A DNA stretch of 64,000 bases from a virus. The DNA lies in the IMG/VR virus record IMGVR_UViG_3300036761_003567, positions 32,001 to 96,000 of that record. One strand, given 5' to 3'. Within the stretch, counting starts at the first letter, position 1. Each line of letters begins with the position of its first letter. Below are positions 38,128-47,830 of the stretch, one piece after another. The position numbers and the translations under genes were made by a program. Below the pieces are notes generated by a model that had not been told where the DNA came from, searched no databases, and was given only the letters and a program-made list of their open reading frames with translations.

Positions 38128-38580
38128 TTAGAGGGCGACCGCGGTGAGCTTCTTCTCGAGGTCTTCGAGCGTGCTGTCGTTCTTCACGACTTCGTCTGCG
38201 TCGTCTGCGACCAGTTCGTCGGAGAATCCGCCGTCGACGCCGGGCCTGTCTATCCAGATGACCTTATCGAACAGAGGCCTGACGACTCCGAGCTGCCTTC
38301 TGGTCCGTACCCCGGAGACGACATCCGCCTCCCGGACCGCCTCATCTACTGGATAGGCTGCGTCCTTTTGCTGCCTAGCAAGGCCATACTCCCAGAGCTG
38401 CTTCCGATATGTCTCCTTGTCAGCCAGGATCTTCTCCGGATCGAGGCCTTTCTTGGCGGCGAAGTCGCGGATGATGTATTTAGAGGTGCTATCGACAACC
38501 TTGACACCCAAGATCCTGCCGAGCATCCGGGTTGCTTCGGTCTTGCCGGACCGCGTGTATCCGAGGACGAGGATTTTCAT
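38128..38580 (-). CDS. P-loop nucleoside monophosphate kinase-like protein
   Basis: MKILVLGYTRSGKT, R..L...G, SGVR, IWIDRP, NDSTLEDL. Confidence 0.75.
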   Translation of the reverse strand: MKILVLGYTRSGKTEATRMLGRILGVKVVDSTSKYIIRDFAAKKGLDPEKILADKETYRKQLWEYGLARQQKDAAYPVDEAVREADVVSGVRTRRQLGVVRPLFDKVIWIDRPGVDGGFSDELVADDADEVVKNDSTLEDLEKKLTAVAL

Positions 38581-38661
38581 GGTATTTAAATACTTGAACG
38601 GATATTCCAGTACCTGGTTTAATATCTTTGCAAACGTATCTAACTCCTCCAGGAGGAAGCC

Positions 38662-38949
38662 ATGGAAGAATTGATGGGACAGCTCCGGCTGCTTCAGAAA
38701 CAGGATCTGGAGCTTGAGAGGGCCAAGAAGCGCCTGCGCGAAGTCGAGAAACAGGCCATAAAAGCAGCCTTGACTGTCATCGGCCTCGTCCTTTCCGCGG
38801 TCCTCTTCGGCCTGGCTATCGTCTATTTGGATCTTGATACGCCGATCTGTACCTACCATCTGCTCCTACTATCGCCTTTCCCTTTCATGTGCTGGGTTCA
38901 AGGCGTTCAGGGGAAGGAATGGGAAAAGTTTAAGAAGGACATGGGATAG
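38662..38949 (+). CDS. Small membrane protein
   Basis: Coiled coil plus hydrophobic segments; AGGAGG SD. Confidence 0.5.
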   Translation: MEELMGQLRLLQKQDLELERAKKRLREVEKQAIKAALTVIGLVLSAVLFGLAIVYLDLDTPICTYHLLLLSPFPFMCWVQGVQGKEWEKFKKDMG

Positions 38950-39150
38950 GCCTGATGAAACAGAAGAACGCCCTGGAGTCCGGTTTCTGCACGGCGCTTC
39001 GCTGCCGGGTATTCGTCAGGAACGGGGATGGCGTGCAGTTCGTGGACGGAAAGAAGGAAATCCAGCGCTATTGCTGGAGGTGCTGGCTGCGCAAGGTCTT
39101 GGACGTTCCAGAAACGGTGAAGTGATACGCGGTGTCCTCTCTCCACCTCA

Positions 39151-39185
39151 AATCCTTGACCAGGGATTCCTCTATCTGCTAAAAT
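39151..39185 (+). promoter_or_regulatory. Sigma70-like promoter with a palindrome over the -35
   Basis: TTGACC-18-TAAAAT with extended TG; AATC-N10-GATT. Confidence 0.6.
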
Positions 39186-39211
39186 TAGCCAGTGGACAAG
39201 GAGATTGACGC

Positions 39212-39964
39212 ATGGACGCGGGAACGACGGAAATCTTCAGAGGCCATTTGGACGAGTGCCTAAAGCACCTCGACACCAGGCTGGCCATATTGGCGCCAAG
39301 ACGCTCAAGGAACTCCGCAAAGTCCAGGCTGCCTATGGCGATATTCTGCGGTATCCAGGGTAAGTCAATCTTGGAGTGGTTTAACGAGAAAGCCAAGCCC
39401 AAGGGTACGCAGCTCTTCAAGTGCATGTGTTATTTGGACATGATCGGGTACAGGGTCATTGAGCTTGAGAGGACGAAGAGGGTCAAGCGCAACATCGTGG
39501 AGCTTATCGGCTTTGGCGTCTTCTCTTCTCAGCAAGTGACTGAACTCTTGGGTTATGCTTCTTCTTCCCACTTCTTCCGTGCCATGGAAGGACAAGCTGA
39601 CAAGACCATGGAACAGAAGATGTGGGATCTTTGGAAGGAGAGAAAGGAGGAGCTCGACAAGAAGAAGCAGGAAGCGAAGCCTCAGGCGATCGTTGTTCCG
39701 GCGGCTGCTCCGGCGGCTGCTCCGGCGGTTATCGTAGAGACGCCACGTGCGCGTGCGGCGAAAGAAGGGACCAGCGGAGACATTCATACGGGTGCCGCAG
39801 CTGGCTCTCTCGTCGTGAACTTCATGAAGGGCCTTCTGGTCCTCCTTGAGAGTGTCTCCGACGAGTCCCTTCTGAATCTTACGAGGCAGGAATCGGGTAT
39901 GATTCTCAAACTCTCAGCGCGCATGAGCACGCTGAGTTCCAAACTCATTGGAAAGGCTCAGTGA
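39212..39964 (+). CDS. Hypothetical protein (possible DNA-binding)
   Basis: 250 aa; AAGGAG SD. Confidence 0.65.
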   Translation: MDAGTTEIFRGHLDECLKHLDTRLAILAPRRSRNSAKSRLPMAIFCGIQGKSILEWFNEKAKPKGTQLFKCMCYLDMIGYRVIELERTKRVKRNIVELIGFGVFSSQQVTELLGYASSSHFFRAMEGQADKTMEQKMWDLWKERKEELDKKKQEAKPQAIVVPAAAPAAAPAVIVETPRARAAKEGTSGDIHTGAAAGSLVVNFMKGLLVLLESVSDESLLNLTRQESGMILKLSARMSTLSSKLIGKAQ

Positions 39965-40749
39965 TTATGAAGACAAAGATGGTTGCGATCAAGGACCTGA
40001 AGTCCAACCTGTTCGTACGCGAGTGCCTGAATCAGGATCACGCGCTTCACCTGGCGGCGCTCCTGGAGAACGGTGTCAAGCTGCCGCCGATCAAGGTCAA
40101 TCCGGAACTCATCGTCATCGATGGCCGTCACCGAATCGAGGCTCACGACGTCCTCAGCCGTAAGCAGATCGAGGCGGAGGTCGTCGACATCACCGACGAG
40201 ACGAAGCTCATCGCCGAGGCGTATAAGGCGAACATCGGCGGGTCGCTGCTCCCCACCAAGGAAGACACCGAACACACGGTTACGCTCCTGGTGGAGCGTG
40301 GCGAGAGCATCAAGACTATCGCCGAGATGCTCGCGCTTCCTCCCGGCATCACCCGTTCCTATGTCTCAAGTGTGAAATCCATTATTACACGGCGCAACCT
40401 CCAACGCGCTGCCGAAATGGTCACCAATGACGTACTTTCGACCGCCCAGGCCGCCGAGAAGTACAAAGTCGACCTTAATACGCTCAAGGAGAAAATGGAC
40501 GGCCGTCGCCATCCAATCAAGCACGGCGTTAGGGAACTCAAGGACCAGATCTCCAAGCTCTACCGCTCGACCGCCCAAAGGAACGCCGGAATCTTCAAGG
40601 GCCTGCTGCACAAGTACCAGGATGCCGTCTTCACGGAGCAGCAGGTTACGGTCTTCATTAAGCATATTGAGGGCCTCCAGGATAACCAGTCTCGCACGCT
40701 GCTCAAGTGGAAGCAGCGGTTCGAGGCTCTGATCAACAATGGCAAGTGA
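39961..40749 (+). CDS. ParB/Srx N-terminal domain protein
   Basis: LPPIKV...IVIDGRHRIEA followed by HTH-like segments. Confidence 0.8.
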   Translation: MIMKTKMVAIKDLKSNLFVRECLNQDHALHLAALLENGVKLPPIKVNPELIVIDGRHRIEAHDVLSRKQIEAEVVDITDETKLIAEAYKANIGGSLLPTKEDTEHTVTLLVERGESIKTIAEMLALPPGITRSYVSSVKSIITRRNLQRAAEMVTNDVLSTAQAAEKYKVDLNTLKEKMDGRRHPIKHGVRELKDQISKLYRSTAQRNAGIFKGLLHKYQDAVFTEQQVTVFIKHIEGLQDNQSRTLLKWKQRFEALINNGK

Positions 40750-40870
40750 CCGTATTTCATTCCGGGTGGCGCGCGGGGTCTGCCGAATAAGTGCCTTGTG
40801 GCACAAATAAGGCAGGGCGGCTCGAGCCGACACCATACTCCGCGCGCTACCCGTCCTCGGAGGCTAGACA

Positions 40871-41491
40871 ATGGGTTTAGACGAGCCTGTTTGCCCGAGA
40901 TGTGGAAGTCGGGAGTGGTCCCGCCATTGCCATGAGGGTACGTGTTTCTACGTCGTCCCCGCCGAATTAGACCCTGGTACCCAATATGGGCCAGACCCGG
41001 AAGCGTCACCCTTCTACAAAGAAGAAACTAATAAGCTCCCTACTCACGTCGTCGAGCCCGTCATGATCAGCAAAGGCTATAGTCCCATTCCGCAACAGCA
41101 TGTGCCTCCCGAACTCTTGGAAAAGCTCAAAGCCGTAACTGCAGAACGAGATGCTCTTAAAGCCGACGTCAAGCGGCTGGGCGGGATGCTGGGAGAGAAG
41201 TTGCTGGAAAAGGTGGATGGGGCTCTCAAGACTCTCTCCGCCGTCGAGGACTCGCGGGAAGCCTACCATAAGGAGCTGGTAGCAGAGAATGAGAAGCTCC
41301 GGGAGGAGCGAGATACCCTGCGGGCGTTATTCGCCGAGGACCGTTCCTACGATGACAAGAGCATCCTGGACCACATGGACATAGCGGGGGTGTTGCTTCA
41401 CAATAAGTGCGGAGAGGTGGGATTCGCACTCAGCAATAAGTTCTCCGGCTGGATCAAAAAGGCGCAGGCCGTCATATCGGGTAAGACATGA
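40871..41491 (+). CDS. Zn-ribbon plus coiled-coil protein
   Basis: CPRCGS; LKAVTAERDALK. Confidence 0.6.
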   Translation: MGLDEPVCPRCGSREWSRHCHEGTCFYVVPAELDPGTQYGPDPEASPFYKEETNKLPTHVVEPVMISKGYSPIPQQHVPPELLEKLKAVTAERDALKADVKRLGGMLGEKLLEKVDGALKTLSAVEDSREAYHKELVAENEKLREERDTLRALFAEDRSYDDKSILDHMDIAGVLLHNKCGEVGFALSNKFSGWIKKAQAVISGKT

Positions 41492-42087
41492 ATAACTACA
41501 TCCTGATCGCAGCACGTGTGGCGGCTGGCTACCACCAGCAGCAAGTCCGTAAATATACCGGTGCCCCGTACATTGTGCACCCCGCCCGGGTGGCTGCCCG
41601 CCTGACTCGTCATCCCTTGGGGACCGAGGAAGGCGTCTGTGCGGCGTGGCTTCATGACGTGCTGGAGGACTGTGAAACCAGGCCACGCGACATACGGCTC
41701 TCGTTCCCGGATGAGCCCATACTATCCGAGGATATCGACTATTTCCTGGGGAAGAAGACTGATGAACGCCATTTCGGCGAGCGGGTGGCCGATCTGATCC
41801 TGGAGCTCACCAATCCGTCCAAGCAGCATCCAGAGCTGCCGCGAGCCGAACGCAAGAAGATGGACCGGGATCACCTGCTTACCGCCTCCGTGCAGGCTAA
41901 GCTCATTAAGTTAATAGACAGGACGGACAACTTGCTGGAAATGGGCGATGCGCCGGCCGACTTCGTCCAGGTGTATGGGGAGGAGTCCAAACTCCTGTTT
42001 GAGGTGTTGAGCGGCACGGATGTAGGGCTCGAGCAGGAATATATTGCCGCCCTGCACGCCGCACTCAGGAAGGTAGGACGTCCATGA
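41488..42087 (+). CDS. HD-domain small alarmone hydrolase-like protein (SpoT/Mesh1 type)
   Basis: H.QQ.RK.TG.PYIVHP..VA, LHDVLED, FGERVA, IKLIDR.DNL. Confidence 0.85.
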   Translation: MNNYILIAARVAAGYHQQQVRKYTGAPYIVHPARVAARLTRHPLGTEEGVCAAWLHDVLEDCETRPRDIRLSFPDEPILSEDIDYFLGKKTDERHFGERVADLILELTNPSKQHPELPRAERKKMDRDHLLTASVQAKLIKLIDRTDNLLEMGDAPADFVQVYGEESKLLFEVLSGTDVGLEQEYIAALHAALRKVGRP

Positions 42088-42341
42088 CGAGATGGACCGC
42101 ACTAGCCATCTATGAGGGAGGCGACGACATCAAGTGTGAGGTGGGAGGCCCCTGTACCGAGGAAGGTCCGTGCAAGGGCAAGTTCATAGGCTGGATCCAG
42201 TTATACCGCGACGGGATCCTTCACACGCCGCTTCTGAGTTCGAATCCCGTCTTCGACGACGCAGAATCTGCCAAGAGGGCGATGGAGAAGATCGTGGCCG
42301 ACGTCCGCGCCCTGTCGCTTGATAAACTGATGTCCGCCTAG
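42084..42341 (+). CDS. Hypothetical protein
   Basis: 85 aa, coupled. Confidence 0.6.
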   Translation: MTRWTALAIYEGGDDIKCEVGGPCTEEGPCKGKFIGWIQLYRDGILHTPLLSSNPVFDDAESAKRAMEKIVADVRALSLDKLMSA

Positions 42342-42374
42342 GGGCCTGGACCAGCAAGTGGCTGGTCCAGGCCC
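42342..42374. terminator. Hairpin between convergent genes
   Basis: 14-bp stem GGGCCTGGACCAGC/GCTGGTCCAGGCCC. Confidence 0.7.
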
Positions 42375-42380
42375 TTCTAT

Positions 42381-43070
42381 CTAGGAATCTGTTCTGGCCG
42401 CAGAATCACCGCGCTCCGCCCGCCTCTTGAGTTCCTCCACCTTGGATGCCACCCGCTTGCGAGTTCCCTCGAACATCGTGCCGATGAAGTTGTGCATACT
42501 CTCGGCCGTCGAGCGATCGATCTTCCAGCGCGCCATCATCCATTCGATGACGGCCTTCTCGTCCTTCCCTCCGAAATCACGCCGGATCTGCTTAGAGATC
42601 TCGGAGGCCACCTTATCGGTAGTCCATTTCCTAATCTCGTCGGCCGGCGTGGCCATCCCGGGACGTCGGGTGCTCACGGCAGCATCTCCTGCCGGCTTGA
42701 GCAGCTTGTCCAGCTCGCCTAACTTGGCGGCCTCTCTCTCCGCCAGGGTGCGGGTTAGATGGGCAAGTTTTTCGTCTCCCTGCTTGAGCCCCTCCTGTTC
42801 CTTGCGCCAGACGGGCGACTGTTTCCTCCGGATCTCGATGAATACGCGCAGGAGAGCCTGGACCGTGGCGTCTCCGTCGCCGCATGCATAGTCGGCATCC
42901 GCCTTCTTGGTCCATGTTTCCAGGATCGTCTCCAGCGCCTTCAGGTTGCAGCACCTGAGATTTCGACGAGTGATCCAGCTAGCCAGTTTGGCCAGCCCAA
43001 TGTCGTCCCTCTTGAATGCCTCCAGCAGGGCTGCCTGGATCCGACCGTCGCTTTTGACCTGCTTACTCAT
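42381..43070 (-). CDS. Hypothetical protein
   Basis: 229 aa; AAGGAGG SD; GTATTTCA upstream. Confidence 0.7.
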   Translation of the reverse strand: MSKQVKSDGRIQAALLEAFKRDDIGLAKLASWITRRNLRCCNLKALETILETWTKKADADYACGDGDATVQALLRVFIEIRRKQSPVWRKEQEGLKQGDEKLAHLTRTLAEREAAKLGELDKLLKPAGDAAVSTRRPGMATPADEIRKWTTDKVASEISKQIRRDFGGKDEKAVIEWMMARWKIDRSTAESMHNFIGTMFEGTRKRVASKVEELKRRAERGDSAARTDS

Positions 43071-43168
43071 AGCGCGCCTCCTTGAGAAGGGAAATAATCC
43101 GAACTTTCCGTGAAATACGTTTGCCCGCGAGCTCGCTCCTATTGTTGTATTGCTCTAGGATACAACGA

Positions 43169-43203
43169 AATCCTTGACGAGAGATTCCCCTCTGTATTTT
43201 AAT
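43169..43203 (+). promoter_or_regulatory. Sigma70-like promoter, near copy of the 39151 element
   Basis: AATCCTTGACGAGAGATTCCCCT...TTTAAT. Confidence 0.5.
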
Positions 43204-43247
43204 GATCTTGTTGATTGAAGGTTCTTGGAACTTTGGAGGGCGATCAA

Positions 43248-43820
43248 ATGAGGACTTTTCGAGTGGCGCTGAAGAATCCGGTAGACGGCTCGATCACGAC
43301 AGAAGAGGTCAAAGCAAGCGGACTGAAGGAGATCCTGTACAGCGAACGGGTCCAGGCGCTCGTCGAGACGGCCGGATTCTCCTTAACCGTCGAGCCGGTT
43401 CCGCACGGGAACTCCAGGATGGTCGGACAGAAGCGCGTCTCTCGCCGCAGACGGGCCTTCAGTATGTCCGGCGACAAGCAGTGGGAGGGGCGCGTCAGGT
43501 GCCACTTCAGCACCAAGACCTGCCCCGTCTGCGTCAAGGAATCCTGGACGCGGGGGCAGTGCGACGACCACATTGTGGAAGTTCACAAGATGGATGACAT
43601 CCAGACGGAAGCGGCCCGCGGGCGGCTGAAGGCCTGGCTTTCTGGGACCGACGCCAAAGCCACCATGGCCAGGATCCGTTCTGCGGGTCATGAGCCGCGG
43701 TTCTGCATCCGGACTCTAAAGTCCATGTGGAAAGCGCTGCCGACCTGGGCCGAGCCCCAGTCGGCAGGGATCGAGAAGGCTCCGGCGACTCCCTCTGATG
43801 CTACACTGGCTGGAGGATAA
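43248..43820 (+). CDS. Hypothetical protein with C2H2-like finger
   Basis: CPVC...H....H. Confidence 0.6.
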   Translation: MRTFRVALKNPVDGSITTEEVKASGLKEILYSERVQALVETAGFSLTVEPVPHGNSRMVGQKRVSRRRRAFSMSGDKQWEGRVRCHFSTKTCPVCVKESWTRGQCDDHIVEVHKMDDIQTEAARGRLKAWLSGTDAKATMARIRSAGHEPRFCIRTLKSMWKALPTWAEPQSAGIEKAPATPSDATLAGG

Positions 43821-44492
43821 ATGCAGCAGGGCCATCGCCAGGAGAACATGAGTGCTATCATTCAGCACGAGAGGGCCGTCCAGAAATGGACGGCGCTCAT
43901 GCCGAAGGTCCGGGATCTCATCTATGCAGGGAAATCCGTCCAGGAAACCGCCAATGAGCTCAAGCTTGCCTATTCCTATCTCATAGAGTATGTCAAGGAG
44001 GACCCGCAGCTCAAGGCCAGGGCAAGGCAGTCCTGGCTGGAAAAGATGAGTTCGCCTGAGCATAGGGCGCTCCTATCCAGGACCGGACGCGAACGGGCCC
44101 AGAACCGGAGCCCGGAGGCCCGGCAACAGGCGGCTGAACGCACCAGGAAGTGCTGGCAGGATCCCGCCTTCCGCGAGAACCACGTGCGAAAGATCCGCCA
44201 GAAGTGGCAGGATCCGGAGTATCGCGCCAACATGGAACGCAAGTGGAATGATCCAAACTGGCGGGCTAAGCTATCCAGTAGCCTGAAGGGCAGTACTGCC
44301 TTCCAGGCTTCCTTCGCGACCAAGGACACGAGCTTCCGACAGGACCCCGCGTGGCGGGCCCGAGTAGCAGAGAACATGAAGGAGGAATGGAAACGCAGGG
44401 GCTTCTGGACCTGGATCAAATCTTTCGACCCGGAAAAAAGAAAGAGGATACTTCAGGCAATTTATGCCTGGAAGAAGAAGCAACATGCATGA
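43821..44492 (+). CDS. HTH plus NUMOD3-like repeat protein, paralog 1
   Basis: AGKSVQETANEL, WQDP.YR repeats, FWTW..SFDPEK. Confidence 0.7.
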   Translation: MQQGHRQENMSAIIQHERAVQKWTALMPKVRDLIYAGKSVQETANELKLAYSYLIEYVKEDPQLKARARQSWLEKMSSPEHRALLSRTGRERAQNRSPEARQQAAERTRKCWQDPAFRENHVRKIRQKWQDPEYRANMERKWNDPNWRAKLSSSLKGSTAFQASFATKDTSFRQDPAWRARVAENMKEEWKRRGFWTWIKSFDPEKRKRILQAIYAWKKKQHA

Positions 44493-45469
44493 CCAAGTTT
44501 GAAGAGTTAGGATCTCACCTCCCAAGGATCCTAGAGCTTATCAAGGCCCAGGAGACGACGAGGTCTATCCCGCGCATCCTGGGGTGCAGCAGGACAGCCT
44601 TTAGGGAGTTCCTTTGGGATCATCCAGAACTATGCACGGAACTTAGGGCAAATTATGCGGCCAGGCGGTCAGAAGTAGGTCGCAGGAACGCGCAGCAGGT
44701 CATTCAGAAGCGGCTCAGTCTCCCAATAGAGGAACAGGCCGCTCTGGCCCGGGAAAGGGTCGCTAGAGCCGTCAAGGGTGCAAGGGTTTCTGCCGCACTG
44801 GCTCGCGAGAAGTCCAGGCAGAAATGGGCGGGGCTCATGCCCAAGGTCTACGAACTCATCAACGCAGGGCAGTCGGTACAGGAAATAGCTGACGAGACTG
44901 GTATAGATTTTTCTGTCATATACGATCGCCTGAAGATTGATCCACGGCGGTCGGAACTTATGACTAGACTGAGACAGACCCGCTGGGAGCACCTCCACAG
45001 TCCTGAATACAGAGCCCTCCATTGCGAGCTGGCCCGCAAGGAGATGAAGGATCCGGAAGTTATCAGAAAGTTGTCAGAAGCTACTAAGAAGAAATGGTTA
45101 GACCCGTCCTTCCGTCAGGCTGCCGTACAAGTAGCATGTGCGAACTGGGAGCGCCCAGAGTATCGAGCGCGCATGGAACGCCTCTGGAACGACCCGAAGC
45201 ACCGGGCGATGCTCGCGGCACACATAGCCGAGCAGCGGAAAGACCCGGTCTTCATCGCCGCCTGTAGAAACCGGGACACGAGCTTCATGAAAGACCCGGA
45301 GCACCTGGCACTGATGTCCGAGGTCATGAAGAAATGGTGGAGCACTAGGGATTTCTGGGCTTGGGTGGATACGTTCCCGCCAGAAAAGAAGAAGCAGATC
45401 CTGTGCGCCATACATGCGGGGCGCGCTACGGCCGCGACTAACTGGAAAAGGTACAAACATGATTCATAA
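44489..45469 (+). CDS. HTH plus NUMOD3-like repeat protein, paralog 2
   Basis: Two HTH-like units, W.DP repeats, FWAW..TFPPEK. Confidence 0.7.
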   Translation: MTKFEELGSHLPRILELIKAQETTRSIPRILGCSRTAFREFLWDHPELCTELRANYAARRSEVGRRNAQQVIQKRLSLPIEEQAALARERVARAVKGARVSAALAREKSRQKWAGLMPKVYELINAGQSVQEIADETGIDFSVIYDRLKIDPRRSELMTRLRQTRWEHLHSPEYRALHCELARKEMKDPEVIRKLSEATKKKWLDPSFRQAAVQVACANWERPEYRARMERLWNDPKHRAMLAAHIAEQRKDPVFIAACRNRDTSFMKDPEHLALMSEVMKKWWSTRDFWAWVDTFPPEKKKQILCAIHAGRATAATNWKRYKHDS

Positions 45470-46610
45470 TTGGAACGAGTTGATGTCTAAGATCCGAGAG
45501 GCCATTTTAGCCGGCAAGTCCGTCCAGGAAATTGCCAATGAGTTAGGCCTGGGTTTCGGAGCCGTCTACCATCACATCAATGAGGACCCCGCGCGCAACG
45601 AGCTAAGGGCAAAGCTGTACGAGACGCGCCTAGCAAACTATAATACTCCTAAGTATAAGGCAGCTCTGCGTGCCAGGCTAACAGGGCGCATGCGCGTCAA
45701 GTATTACGAGATAGGCGATCATCTTTCCAGGATTCGAGAACTAATTGAGGCCGGAACGGCCGCGCGCGACATTCCTTCCCTATTAGGTTGTGGCGCATCT
45801 TCGTTTTTCAAATGGCTGAAGGGTCAGCCAGACCTTCTTGCCGTCGCGAAGGCATTCCAAAGGGCCAAGATGAAGGAAGGTAAACAACAAGCAGACCTTC
45901 GGCTCAGTGCTGAAGAGCGAGAGGCCCGTGCTGCCCATCAGCGGGAAGTTGTCAGGAGAACCTACGAACGCTGGCGGGCTAGATCTAATAAGGAATGGGC
46001 CGATCTCGCACCCAAGGTCAAGAGCCTCATTTTCTCCGGTGAGACGATAGTGGACGTCGCCGTTATGACTGGCATAAATGAGAAGGCACTTGGCGCCCGT
46101 ATAGATGCGGATCCTCAGCGTGACGAATTAAGGGAAAAGCTGTATGAAAACTGGCTTGCGCGTATTAACACTCCCGAGCATAAGGCACTACTCTCTCAGA
46201 ATATGAGTAGACGTATGGAGGACCCAAAAGCCAGGGAACATCTATCCCAAGTCACTAAAGAGCAGTGGGAATGTGGCGTTCATGATGGCCACTCTGAATT
46301 CATGAAAGAGCTCTGGAAGGACCCAAAATTCCGAGCCGTGTTGGAACGCCATGCGCGGAGTCCAGAAAGGCGAATGCAGTCGTCCGAAAGGATTAAGGCT
46401 TTGTGGCGTGATCCTGCCTTCGTAGCGGCTTATTTGGAATCTAGAAAGTCTCCTGGATTGCGGGCTAAGCTATCGGAATCCTTAAAAGAGTCTTGGAGCC
46501 ATAGGGATTTCTGGGAATGGCTCAATTCGTTCGATCCAGATAAGCGAGCGGAAATCCTGAGAGCAATGCATGCTTCCAACGCGGCCCGCAGGGCCTTAAG
46601 ATTGGCCTAG
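45459..46610 (+). CDS. HTH plus NUMOD3-like repeat protein, paralog 3
   Basis: Three HTH-like units, W.DP repeats, FWEW..SFDPDK. Confidence 0.7.
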   Translation: MIHNWNELMSKIREAILAGKSVQEIANELGLGFGAVYHHINEDPARNELRAKLYETRLANYNTPKYKAALRARLTGRMRVKYYEIGDHLSRIRELIEAGTAARDIPSLLGCGASSFFKWLKGQPDLLAVAKAFQRAKMKEGKQQADLRLSAEEREARAAHQREVVRRTYERWRARSNKEWADLAPKVKSLIFSGETIVDVAVMTGINEKALGARIDADPQRDELREKLYENWLARINTPEHKALLSQNMSRRMEDPKAREHLSQVTKEQWECGVHDGHSEFMKELWKDPKFRAVLERHARSPERRMQSSERIKALWRDPAFVAAYLESRKSPGLRAKLSESLKESWSHRDFWEWLNSFDPDKRAEILRAMHASNAARRALRLA

Positions 46611-46980
46611 GGAAAGCCCAGAAGGGTTTCGATCTTCACGAAGGAGCGCGCCTTCTTGACCGCTCTAGTCCCTCGGCAGTGGGCAGACATCCAGAAGGAT
46701 TCTTAAGCTGGACCGGGTTTCCAGTATATCCTTCTGCGGACCAGCTTTCAGTGATCTAACATGACAGCCCAAGGGTTCCAGGAACCGTCGATCGCGGAAG
46801 CTCTTCGCCAGAGGGTCCAGCAGCTCGAGCGAGCCCTGTGTAAGATGCACGGGTTTGACGGCAAGGCGGAGCGCTTCGCCGGTCAGGAACCCTGCCGCTT
46901 GTGCGGCCTCCCGGCGGACGACATAGTCCACAGCGTTTCTGCCCTCCGGGAATCCACGGACCAGCCATCAGGAGGATAAA

Positions 46981-47830
46981 ATGCTTACCCTGCTTACTCG
47001 CAAGCAGATCGAGGCACTCACCGACGCGGAGGCCAGCAAGTATCTGGCCGAGAAGGTGATGGGGTGGACATTCTCCTACGGCACCTGGTGGACGGGAGAT
47101 ATCAGCCGAACGAGTTCTTATGCCGCCCAGTTTGCCACCGATCTCAACCAGGCTGTCGAGGCGGCGGGGAAGATGGGGCTGGAATTAGAGGGATTGACTT
47201 TTGGTCTCGTCTGGAATTTAGGTACGAAGAAGTGGATGGCCGGATGGGGTGCCGTAGTGGATTGGATGTCGCATAGCGCCCCCGCCCGCGCCGTCTGCAA
47301 TGCAGTCATTGCAGCCCATGAGGCGAAACATGCTTAGCCAGAAACAAATAGCAGCGATGACCGACGACGAGGCAGACGTCTTCATTGCCTCCAAGATCCT
47401 CGGCATGACATGGAAGTCCTGGTCCTGGGACAAGGAGGGGATGGACCTCGTCTGGCCGTCTCCCAAGCCTTATGCCGATGACCACGGCTGCTGGGAGCGC
47501 GACGACCGCGCTACCGGAGGCGTCTTCGAAAGCGAGTGGGTGAACATCCCGGATTCCCACTCCTGGACGCCCGCCCGATGCATTGATGACGCGATGGAGG
47601 CGGTCAAGAAGATAGGGCTGCGCCTGCGCGTCGGCAAGCGACCTGCTCTCACCGGGCGCTTTAGCCTGATCTACCACGAAGAGCTTGACCTGTGGGTAGC
47701 CGGGTGGTTCTACGTCGTAGGAACCGCGGATGACGCGTGGAACGAGGTCGACTGGGAAGGCACTGCCAAGCACCCCGCCCGTGCCGTCTGCAACGCGGTG
47801 ATTGCGGCCCATGAAATGAAAGGGAAATAA
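46981..47830 (+). other. Two tandem paralogous CDS (46981-47337, 47330-47830), phage ABA-sandwich/NinX-like
   Basis: Both start KQI.A.TD.EA...A.K..G and end PARAVCNAVIAAHE. Confidence 0.65.

Noticed and set aside
42238-42248. tRNA T-loop GTTCGAATCCC (also GTTCGAAG at 49962 and 50104)
   Set aside because: No cloverleaf; the first lies inside a CDS
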